DNA of 64,000 nucleotides from Candidatus Hecatella orcuttiae. GTDB taxonomy: Archaea; Thermoproteota; Bathyarchaeia; Hecatellales; Hecatellaceae. Under the pieces are notes generated by a model. The model was not told the DNA's origin. It worked only from the letters and a program-made list of their open reading frames with translations, and did no database searches. The stretch lies in assembly GCA_002011035.2 (NCBI GenBank), contig MTLY02000001.1:192001-256000 (forward strand), written 5' to 3'. Of this stretch, positions 28,467 through 36,294 are shown one piece after another. Within the stretch, counting starts at the first letter, position 1. Each line of letters opens with the position of its first letter. Both the position numbers and the translations under genes were made by a program.

Positions 28467-29393
28467 TTGGCGCTCCCTGTAGTGGAAATATCAGCGGCCA
28501 TCATTGAAATGTCCACACCTCTCCTAATAGCAGCACTGGGGGAAATTTTCGTTGAGAGGTCGGGTGTGCTGAACCTGGGAATCGAAGGGATGATGCTGGT
28601 AGGCGCCTTCTCCGGCTTCGCTGGAGCGTACTTCAGCGGCAACTTTCTTTTCGGATTCCTCATCGGGCTGGTTGTTGGCATGTCCATAGGAGCATTGATG
28701 GCTTACCTCAGCGTGAAATTAGGTGTAGACCAAATTCTCGCTGGGCTTGCAATTTGGATTTTCAGCATAGGCCTCTCCACTTTCTTGGCTAGGACGATTT
28801 TAGGAATAGCTCCTGGAACTGTGACAATAAAAGGTTTGGAGCCTATCAACATTCCCCTTCTTTCTCAGCTTCCAATTTTAGGGCCTATCCTGTTTCAGCA
28901 TAACATTTTAGTATACCTTGTTTTGATTTCGGTGCCTCTGTTCCACATTCTCCTATTCCGCACAACCTTTGGCTTGAAGGTGAGGGCGGTAGGCGAGAAT
29001 CCCAAAGCCGCTGATACGTTGGGAATTCACGTTCACCGTATTCGCTTTCTCTGCCTTCTCCTAGGAGGAGCCATGGCCGGGTTGGCGGGCAGCTATCTCA
29101 CAGTAGCTCGGTACCATGTTTGGATAGAGGAGGTAACCGCCGGGATGGGATGGATAGCTTTGGTTGTGGTCTTCTTCGGTAAAAGAAGCCCGTATAGGGC
29201 GCTTTTGGGTGCATGGATCATCGCCACAGGCTTCTCTTTAAGATACTATCTCCAAATCGCCGCCTTCTGGATACCCTACCAATTCATCTTAATGTTACCC
29301 TACATCCTCACCATAATTCTGCTCGTCGGAATCGTTGGAAAGGAAGAAACACCAGCCGCCTTCTGCATCCCATACAAACGGGAGGAGACGTAA
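28467..29393 (+). CDS. Nucleoside ABC transporter permease
   Basis: ERSGVLNLGIEG, RAVGENPKAA, G.GWIAL, LPY. Start set at TTG 28467, after AGGAG. Confidence 0.93.
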   Translation: MALPVVEISAAIIEMSTPLLIAALGEIFVERSGVLNLGIEGMMLVGAFSGFAGAYFSGNFLFGFLIGLVVGMSIGALMAYLSVKLGVDQILAGLAIWIFSIGLSTFLARTILGIAPGTVTIKGLEPINIPLLSQLPILGPILFQHNILVYLVLISVPLFHILLFRTTFGLKVRAVGENPKAADTLGIHVHRIRFLCLLLGGAMAGLAGSYLTVARYHVWIEEVTAGMGWIALVVVFFGKRSPYRALLGAWIIATGFSLRYYLQIAAFWIPYQFILMLPYILTIILLVGIVGKEETPAAFCIPYKREET

Positions 29394-29455
29394 TCCGTAG
29401 GCAAACAAAGCAATAGACCAAGTTGACAGGACGCTGAAAAAATAAAAGGAAGGTT

Positions 29456-30589
29456 TTATGGAAAATCTTTCCTAGGAACTTCTAGCGTGCCATCCAGAAT
29501 TTGCTGCCGGATGCTCTCCACCTCGGCTTGGACCTCTTCGGGTATGACTTCTCTGCGGCCCCATATCAAGTCGGCGCCTTCTTTCAGCCCATATTCGTAA
29601 AACTTTTCAGGCTCCAGCTCTCCTTCTAAGGCCTTGCCGATGATGTCGACGTAGGCTTTTTCTATTCCCCAACCAACGCTGGCTAAGGTTATCGACGGCG
29701 CATAGGGATGCTCATTCCCGACGCCGCCTATGTAATAGACACCTGCAGCCAAAGAAGCAGTGCGCGCTCCCACATTCTGCGAGTCGCCGTTACCGCATAT
29801 GATGTCGGCACCCCAAGCAATATGGGCTTTTGCAGCATCATATCCAGCACCAATGTCGATAAATGTTCCAACCCAAGTCACTTTAACTTCCGCATCGGGA
29901 TTGACAGCTTTCACCCCTCTTTCAAATGCGTAATAAGACCGGTAGGTGCTGGGAACGTTCATACCGCCGACGACGCCTATCTTATTCGTCTCCGTCATCC
30001 TGCCAGCCAAGATCCCGGCAAGATAGGATGCTTCATGCGCCAGAGGCGTTATGACGACCATGTTCTTTTCGATCGGCGGCCATCCGTCAGTCCACACAAT
30101 CCAAGTTTGCGGATAGTCTCTGGCCACCGCCTTAGCCGCTTCTCCAGCTGGCGTAGCATGCACAAATATAAGGTCATAACCGGCAGCGGCGAAACTCCGA
30201 GCCTCCTTCTCATAATCCGCTAACGAAATCTTTTCCACAAAGGCGATTTCGATCCTGTCCTTATAGATTTCTTTAGCCTCCAACAGGCCGCTATATGCGG
30301 TTTCATTCCATTGATTCTCTTTCACAAAAGTGTCGAATACCGCTGCCACTTTCAGTACCTTTGGTGGTGGTGTAGGAGTGGGTGTGGGAGTTGGAGTAGG
30401 CGTAGGAGTTGGGGTAGGTGTAGGCGTAGGAGTTGGGGTAGGGGTGGGTGTAGGGGTGGGCGCAGGGGTTGGCGTCGGCGCGGGCCTTGTGGCTTGCCAG
30501 GCGGCGTAGCCGCCCACACCGGCCACCACCACAGCCACAACCGCAGCAATGCCATATTTCAGGGCTTTCCTACGGGGTTGATTGGCCAT
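29456..30589 (-). CDS. BMP-family nucleoside-binding protein with Tat-like N-terminus and Pro-Thr linker
   Basis: RRKALK plus hydrophobic helix, (PT)n, GYDLIF, SYLAG, KIGVVGG, F..G.K.VNP, GADII. Confidence 0.92.
   Translation of the reverse strand: MANQPRRKALKYGIAAVVAVVVAGVGGYAAWQATRPAPTPTPAPTPTPTPTPTPTPTPTPTPTPTPTPTPTPTPPPKVLKVAAVFDTFVKENQWNETAYSGLLEAKEIYKDRIEIAFVEKISLADYEKEARSFAAAGYDLIFVHATPAGEAAKAVARDYPQTWIVWTDGWPPIEKNMVVITPLAHEASYLAGILAGRMTETNKIGVVGGMNVPSTYRSYYAFERGVKAVNPDAEVKVTWVGTFIDIGAGYDAAKAHIAWGADIICGNGDSQNVGARTASLAAGVYYIGGVGNEHPYAPSITLASVGWGIEKAYVDIIGKALEGELEPEKFYEYGLKEGADLIWGRREVIPEEVQAEVESIRQQILDGTLEVPRKDFP
30362..30484 (-). repeat. Degenerate hexamer repeat (CCN ACN)n encoding a Pro-Thr linker
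   Basis: PAPTPTPAPTPTPT...PPP within the BMP gene. Confidence 0.95.
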
Positions 30590-30825
30590 TTTTTACACCT
30601 TCCGACCCTTTTTTCTCCCCTCATACGATATAAAGCTTTCGAGCTTCGTTTTGAAACAGCGCTTCTTTAATCTTCGGTACTTCTGAAGCTGAAGTCGAAT
30701 ACGTATAAGCGGCTAAATGTTAAAGTTTTGAGCAGGGTGGAGAATCCTACGGGCATACCTCGTTCACGCCATAATTTTAAAAAGTTTGACAAGTTATTAA
30801 CCGCCATCTTGATAAAAAAATCGTA

Positions 30826-32226
30826 TCAGATAAGCGGCCACTTTCTTTTTACTTCTACCTTAGCCTTTTGCAAGATTTTTTCAGCCTTTCCTTGAGCTTT
30901 TGCGAGGATTTCTTCCTCTTCCAGCGTCAGCACCTTTCGATTTTCAACGACGAGCTTACCGTCAATGAGGACTGTTTTAACATCGTTTCCACTGGTAGCC
31001 CAAACCACGGCTGACGCAGGGTCGTGGACTGGCATGGCATGGTGATTTTTTAAGTTCACCACGATTACGTCTGCTTTTTTCCCAGCCTCAAGGGAACCTA
31101 CCTCCTTCTCCAACCCCAGTGCCCTAGCACCGTTTATCGTCGCCATCTCCAACGCCTCCTCAGCCCTAGGATAGACAGGGTTGAGCGAGTTAATTCGATG
31201 AAGAAGCACTGCGAATTTCATTTCCTGAAAAAGGTCGCAGGTATTGTTAACCGGAGCGCCGTCGGTACCTAGGCATACGTTTACTCCAGCCCTTAACATC
31301 TCCGGTATTTTCGCCACACCCATTGCAAGCTTTGAATTGGTGATAGGGCAGTGGCAAATATTGACCCCAGACCTCGCAAGCAAATATATCTCTTCGTGTT
31401 CAAACCAGATACCATGAGCCATGGTCACATTCGGGGCGAGAAGTCCTACAAACTCTGCAAATTTTGCCATACCCATATTGAAAACCTTACGAGTGTATTG
31501 TAGGTTGTTCTCCGCCTCGGCCCAATGCATAGTTATTCCCACTTGGTATTTCTTGGCAATCTCTGAAATCTCCCGTAAGGTTTCAACCGAGCATGCTCCC
31601 ACGGAACGGGGAGAGAGCCATATGCGAATCTTGCCGTCTGCCTTTCCGTTCCACTCTTTAATAAGTCTTAATGCCTCCCTCATGGAACTTTCTTTGACTT
31701 CATGAAGCCCCTCATGAATGGCCATCTCTTCGTCTGCGTAGGCACGCTTTTCCATTATGTATTTTGACACTGCACCCCTTAACCCGGATTTCTCCAGCTC
31801 TCGGAGGATGCCATCGATGCCATACCTTGGGTGGAGGCCTGTGCTGATGAAGGAAGTTGTACCGGACTTGAGCATTTCGAGGAAGGCGAGAAGACTGCTG
31901 ATCTTACCATCTTCCTCATCGTAGCACCCTTGGATAGGCCAGATGTACTTCATCAATTCGTCCATCACCTCTGCATCGTCTTGAACGCCTCTCATCAACA
32001 TCTGGGGCAGATGAATGTGGCAGTTGATCAATCCCGGCATCACAGCGCATCCTTCAGCGTCGATGGTTTCTTCAGCTTTGTACCGTCCTTCGATCCTATG
32101 AGCTTTATCAACATCAAGAATTCTATCGCCATCAATGACGACGGATCCCCCGTTAAAAATGCGCCTTTTTTCGTCCATTGTAATGACTGCTCCGTTTGAG
32201 ATGATCACGTCAACCTTTTCTCTCAT
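30826..32226 (-). CDS. Amidohydrolase, TRZ/ATZ / MTA-SAH deaminase-like
   Basis: PGLINCHIH, HWAE, AHGIW, HCP..N.KL, GTDG, GKKAD. Start at ATG 32226. Confidence 0.9.
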   Translation of the reverse strand: MREKVDVIISNGAVITMDEKRRIFNGGSVVIDGDRILDVDKAHRIEGRYKAEETIDAEGCAVMPGLINCHIHLPQMLMRGVQDDAEVMDELMKYIWPIQGCYDEEDGKISSLLAFLEMLKSGTTSFISTGLHPRYGIDGILRELEKSGLRGAVSKYIMEKRAYADEEMAIHEGLHEVKESSMREALRLIKEWNGKADGKIRIWLSPRSVGACSVETLREISEIAKKYQVGITMHWAEAENNLQYTRKVFNMGMAKFAEFVGLLAPNVTMAHGIWFEHEEIYLLARSGVNICHCPITNSKLAMGVAKIPEMLRAGVNVCLGTDGAPVNNTCDLFQEMKFAVLLHRINSLNPVYPRAEEALEMATINGARALGLEKEVGSLEAGKKADVIVVNLKNHHAMPVHDPASAVVWATSGNDVKTVLIDGKLVVENRKVLTLEEEEILAKAQGKAEKILQKAKVEVKRKWPLI

Positions 32227-32587
32227 AGGAGAGTTCCCCCCTTTATCTATCTTGGAAATCGGTTTAAAAGTTCCCCCTTCAGCTAGCCCTACGCCTGTGT
32301 TTAGGTTGTGTTCTACATCCAATTTGTGTGACCGACGAGAAGACCTCTAGCGGAACGAGTATCCCAGCTTAAAAAGACTTTTCCTCGTTTTCTGGCAGTT
32401 CTTTTAAGGTCTTCCATGACTCGTTGATAGCTGACGCTCCGCCCCGCCTTCATGTATGCCTTTAGCTTCCCCAACGTTACGCGAGTTACGGAAGTTACAA
32501 CTTTCTTCCTCTCGGAGTTTTTGGTCAATATGGACTTGCCCAGAGGTATAATCCGTAACTTCCGAAAAGGAGTTGAACAAATTCGTG

Positions 32588-32712
32588 TGGCGCCGCCGGA
32601 CGGACTCGAACCGTCGACCAGCGGGTTCCTGTCAGCAGTTAACAGCTTCAGCCCTTTTTCAGCCCTGAGGGGCCTTGAGGTCCGCTGCTCCACCACGCTG
32701 AGCTACGGCGGC
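32588..32712 (-). tRNA. tRNA-Asn(GTT) with two introns: 35 nt at 30/31 (32681-32647) and 13 nt at 37/38 (32639-32627); CCA encoded
   Basis: Spliced sequence: GCCGCCG TA GCTC AGCGTGGTG GAGC A GCGGG CT GTT AA CCCGC TGGTC GACGG TTCGAGT CCGTC CGGCGGC G CCA. Both introns form BHB motifs. Confidence 0.95.
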
Positions 32713-33137
32713 GCTTCTTGGTTTTCTTCCACTTGCTGGACGGCGGCTGCTTGGAGGAACCTTCCCCAAGAGCACCCGTAGGGGAGCCCCACCCACCGGT
32801 CCACCGGCCGGCCTTGGAGGTATAGGATGTAGGTGGGCAGGGTTTGGATTTGAAGCTTTTCAGCGAGCTCCCGGTTCTCCTCCACGTTCACCCGGGCGAA
32901 GAGGAGCTTTCCCCCGTGGTGCAGGGAAGACTGCTGGAAGAGGCCTTCCGCTGCCTTGCAGGAGAAACTCCAGTCGGCGTAGAACTCCACCACCACTCCG
33001 CGGTTTTCCCTCACCACCCGGTCGAATTCGCTGCCTTTCAGCTGGATGACGGGGGAGGTTGAACCGAGGGTCTGGGGCAAGTTTCTCCAACCTCTCGGGT
33101 TAGGCTGTAGATGTCGAACCCTCTTATGGAGGAGCAT
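32703..33137 (-). CDS. Thioredoxin-fold protein with SxxC (WSFSC) site
   Basis: VVEFYADWSFSC, RVNVEEN, IQTLPT. True start uncertain; the stop lies inside tRNA-Asn. Confidence 0.8.
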   Translation of the reverse strand: MLLHKRVRHLQPNPRGWRNLPQTLGSTSPVIQLKGSEFDRVVRENRGVVVEFYADWSFSCKAAEGLFQQSSLHHGGKLLFARVNVEENRELAEKLQIQTLPTYILYLQGRPVDRWVGLPYGCSWGRFLQAAAVQQVEENQEAPP

Positions 33138-33156
33138 CCTTTAAATCTGTTTTGGC

Positions 33157-33567
33157 CTAGGCCTCCACCTCCACCGGTTCGGGGGTGAACTCTCCCTCCT
33201 GAAAAATGAAGGACCTGAGAAGCTTCTCCGGCAGGGAGTAGATGGCGTAGGACATCCCCGGGTAGGTAGCTCGGCTTCGGTCAACCTCGGAAACCCTAGC
33301 CGGCCAGTAGGGGTGGCTGTGGTAGAAGCCTAAAACCTCCAAGCCCTCCTCCTCCGCTTCCGCGAAAACCCGATGCTGCTCCTCCGGGTCTAGGAGGTAG
33401 GTGGAGGGAGAAGGCTCGATGTTCTTCACCCGGCGGACCTTCTCCACCACCCGCACGTTTCCCTCAAGGAGCCTTCCCACTAGGATTCCGCAGGCCTCGG
33501 CGGGGAAGACCTCCTGAGAGTGGCGGGCTATCTCCTCCAAAAAACGCTTTTTAATCCTCAACACCAT
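33157..33567 (-). CDS. JAMM/MPN+ metalloprotease (desampylase-like)
   Basis: EACGILVG, FYHSHP...S..D motif. Confidence 0.92.
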   Translation of the reverse strand: MVLRIKKRFLEEIARHSQEVFPAEACGILVGRLLEGNVRVVEKVRRVKNIEPSPSTYLLDPEEQHRVFAEAEEEGLEVLGFYHSHPYWPARVSEVDRSRATYPGMSYAIYSLPEKLLRSFIFQEGEFTPEPVEVEA

Positions 33568-33644
33568 AAAGGAAACCTGTAATCTAAAGAAGAGAGGAAG
33601 CTGAAAAACCTTCACCCTCAACGCATGGGGAGGGAAACCTGAAC

Positions 33645-34628
33645 TTGGTCCTGCTTCTCTCCAAGCCTGAAGTGGAATCCCTGCTGACGGCTTCCGAAGC
33701 CCTAGGCGCCGTGGAGGAAGCCTTCCGAGCCCATGCTCTGGGGCAAGTCCTCATGCCCAGCCGAGCGGCTTTCCCTCTAGCTCAAGGGAAAGGCTGGACG
33801 GGCATCATGCCGGCTTACATGGAAAACCTTCAGGCTCTCACCGTCAAACTGGTAACCTCCTTCCCTGAGAATCCTAAATCGGGCTATCCCACCGTCAACG
33901 CCCTCCTCATCTACAGCGACCCCTCCACCGGGCTGCCTTTGGCCGTCATGGAAGCCGGTTTTCTAACCTCCCTGAGGACGGGAGCAGCTGGAGGGGTAGC
34001 GGTCAAATATCTAGCCCGAAGGGACGCCGGGGTCTTGGGCCTCCTAGGCGCAGGGGAGCAGGCTTGGAGGCAGCTGGAATCGGTGAGGCTGGTCAGAAAC
34101 CTGAAAAAAGTGAAAGTCTACAGTCCGAACCCCCAGCATAGGCGAAGGTTCGCCCAGCAGGCGGCTGAAAGCTTTGGAGTAGAAGTCAAGGCTGTGGACA
34201 CAGCTGAGGAAGCGGCGGTGAACTCGGACATCGTAGTCCTAGCCACCACCTCCAAGGTTCCTGTGCTGAGGGGAGACTGGGTGGAGGAAGGCGCTCACCT
34301 CAACGCCTTTGGCGCCCACACACCTGAGACCAGGGAGTTGGACGGGGAGACGGTGGTTAAAGCCAAGATAGTGGTGGACTCCAAAGAAGCCTGCCTCAGA
34401 GAGGCGGGGGATCTGCTCATCCCCCTAGCTCAAGGCCTAATCCGGCAGACGGACATCCACGCCGAGCTGGGAGAGGTCGTCGCAGGGCTGAAAGAGGGCA
34501 GGAGCTCAGACAGGGAAGTTACCCTCTTCAAGTCCGTAGGTTTGGCCTTCCAAGATGCTGCGGTGGCTAAGGTCGTCTATGAGAAAGCCTTAAAACTCGG
34601 TGTGGGAAAAGAGTGGGAAATTCTGTGA
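33645..34628 (+). CDS. Ornithine cyclodeaminase/mu-crystallin family (archaeal alanine dehydrogenase-like)
   Basis: IMPAY, VKLV, LT.LRTGA, GAGEQA, FKSVGLA.QD. Confidence 0.9.
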   Translation: MVLLLSKPEVESLLTASEALGAVEEAFRAHALGQVLMPSRAAFPLAQGKGWTGIMPAYMENLQALTVKLVTSFPENPKSGYPTVNALLIYSDPSTGLPLAVMEAGFLTSLRTGAAGGVAVKYLARRDAGVLGLLGAGEQAWRQLESVRLVRNLKKVKVYSPNPQHRRRFAQQAAESFGVEVKAVDTAEEAAVNSDIVVLATTSKVPVLRGDWVEEGAHLNAFGAHTPETRELDGETVVKAKIVVDSKEACLREAGDLLIPLAQGLIRQTDIHAELGEVVAGLKEGRSSDREVTLFKSVGLAFQDAAVAKVVYEKALKLGVGKEWEIL

Positions 34629-34738
34629 TAATCCCCCCTCATAGGGCGGGGATGGAAAGAATTAGATACTAGTACCTGACATATACTTTACTATAAATCA
34701 CTATAAAATAATACTTATCATATTAAGGAGGAAGGCCT

Positions 34739-35677
34739 ATGTTCAACCCTCAGAATTTCATCTCCCAAAAGATGGAAGAAATCAAGAAGGCAGTGGGGAA
34801 CGAGAAGGCTCTCGTAGCCCTCTCCGGGGGAGTTGACAGCTCCACCACGGCGGTCTTGGGCTTCAAAGCCTTGGGCGAAAAGCTGGAAGCCGTCTTCATC
34901 GACGACGGCCTGATGAGGGAGGGGGAAGGGGAAAGGATATCCGCCACCTTCGCCTCCTTGGGTTTGAAGGTCCAGACTTACTCCATGGCCGAGGATTTTT
35001 TCAAGGCTTTGAAGGGCTTAACCGACCCTGAGGAGAAGCGGAAAGCCTTCAGGGAAGCCTTCTACCAGAGTCTGGCGAAGATCTCCCGGGGAAAGGGCGC
35101 CAAGTGGCTTTTGCAGGGAACCATCGCCGCGGATGTGGTGGAAACCTCCCGAGGCGTCAAAACCCAGCACAACGTCCTAGAACAGGTGGGAATAAACCCA
35201 GCGGAGAAATACGGCTTCAAAGTTGTGGAACCCCTCAAAGAACTGTACAAGCCCCAAGTGAGAGAGGTGGCTAAAGCCTTGGGTCTTCCTGCCGAGATCA
35301 CGGAAAGGCGGCCGTTCCCCGGCCCAGGGCTCTGCGTCCGGGTCTTAGGGGAAGTTACTCCCGAAAGGGTTGAAACCGTCAGGAAAGCTACTAGGATCGT
35401 GGAGGAGGAAACAGCAGGCCTCCTCTGCTTTCAAGCCTTCGCCGTGCTGATGGAGGATAAGGCCACAGGGCTGTCGGAGGACAAGAAGAGAATCTACGGG
35501 GAAATCCTAGTCATCCGGTCGGTTGACTCCACCGATGCCATGACCGCCCAACCCACCCAACTCCCATGGCCTGTCTTGGAAAAGATAACCAGAAGAATAA
35601 CAGCGAGTCTTCCTTCGGTCACCCGAGTTCTCTACGACTTAACCGGCAAACCTCCTGCGACTATTGAATTCGAGTAA
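34739..35677 (+). CDS. guaAB: GMP synthase subunit B (ATP pyrophosphatase)
   Basis: SGGVDSS, DPEEKRK, QGTI..D, KTQHNV, PFPGPGL, KPPATIEFE. Confidence 0.93.
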   Translation: MFNPQNFISQKMEEIKKAVGNEKALVALSGGVDSSTTAVLGFKALGEKLEAVFIDDGLMREGEGERISATFASLGLKVQTYSMAEDFFKALKGLTDPEEKRKAFREAFYQSLAKISRGKGAKWLLQGTIAADVVETSRGVKTQHNVLEQVGINPAEKYGFKVVEPLKELYKPQVREVAKALGLPAEITERRPFPGPGLCVRVLGEVTPERVETVRKATRIVEEETAGLLCFQAFAVLMEDKATGLSEDKKRIYGEILVIRSVDSTDAMTAQPTQLPWPVLEKITRRITASLPSVTRVLYDLTGKPPATIEFE

Positions 35678-35709
35678 CCGGTAAGGGCTGCCTTATCCTT
35701 TCTCCGAAG

Positions 35710-36168
35710 TCAACGTTCCCACTGCTCCAAGATGGCTAGAGCTTCCCGGCGGAATGCATCCGGCGGCCTATACCCCACTATTCTCCCCACCTCCTCGCCG
35801 GCAGGGGTGAGGAAGACGATAGTGGGAAGTTCCCACACCCGATATCTGTCGGCCAGGACTAGGTTTTCCCGGTTCTCCACATCTATTTTGAGGGGAATAA
35901 ATTCTTCGTTGAGAAAAGCAGCCAGCCGTGGATCGGTGTAGGTTTCCATATCCAACTTCCTACACCACCCACACCAATCTGCGTAAAACTCCATCATTAA
36001 AAGTTTTCCTTCCACCTGAGCCAAATTCAAGGCCTCATGGAAATCGTGCCTCCAGTTTATGCTTCCTTCCGACGGGGAGGAGGGCTGAAAAAATTGGAGA
36101 AGGTAGAAGGCGCCTCCCGCGGCGGCTAGGGCTACCATCACGGCCGCCAATACCGCAACGCGCTTCAT
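35710..36168 (-). CDS. Membrane-anchored thioredoxin-like protein
   Basis: N-terminal TM helix, FYADWCGWC, LPTIVF. Confidence 0.88.
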   Translation of the reverse strand: MKRVAVLAAVMVALAAAGGAFYLLQFFQPSSPSEGSINWRHDFHEALNLAQVEGKLLMMEFYADWCGWCRKLDMETYTDPRLAAFLNEEFIPLKIDVENRENLVLADRYRVWELPTIVFLTPAGEEVGRIVGYRPPDAFRREALAILEQWER

Positions 36169-36294
36169 GACAAAACCTTAGGAAGCTGATTCATTAACAT
36201 TGCGTCCCTAGGAGAACCGGTCAAGCTGACCCTCCAAAGACCGATTAGACAAGTCTTAGGAAAAGAGAAGCCCTTTTCCAGCTTAGGCGACAGT

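Noticed and set aside
30362-30484. Repeat tract as CRISPR array or VNTR
   Set aside because: It is a degenerate coding Pro-Thr linker; no repeat-spacer array or cas gene was seen in the window.
32652-32677. Nested intron inside the 35-nt tRNA-Asn intron
   Set aside because: The GCCC/GGGC hairpin lacks the two 3-nt bulges and outer helix needed for a BHB.
32313-32696. 127-aa ORF on the minus strand
   Set aside because: It starts inside tRNA-Asn and has no recognisable motif; at most a gene remnant.
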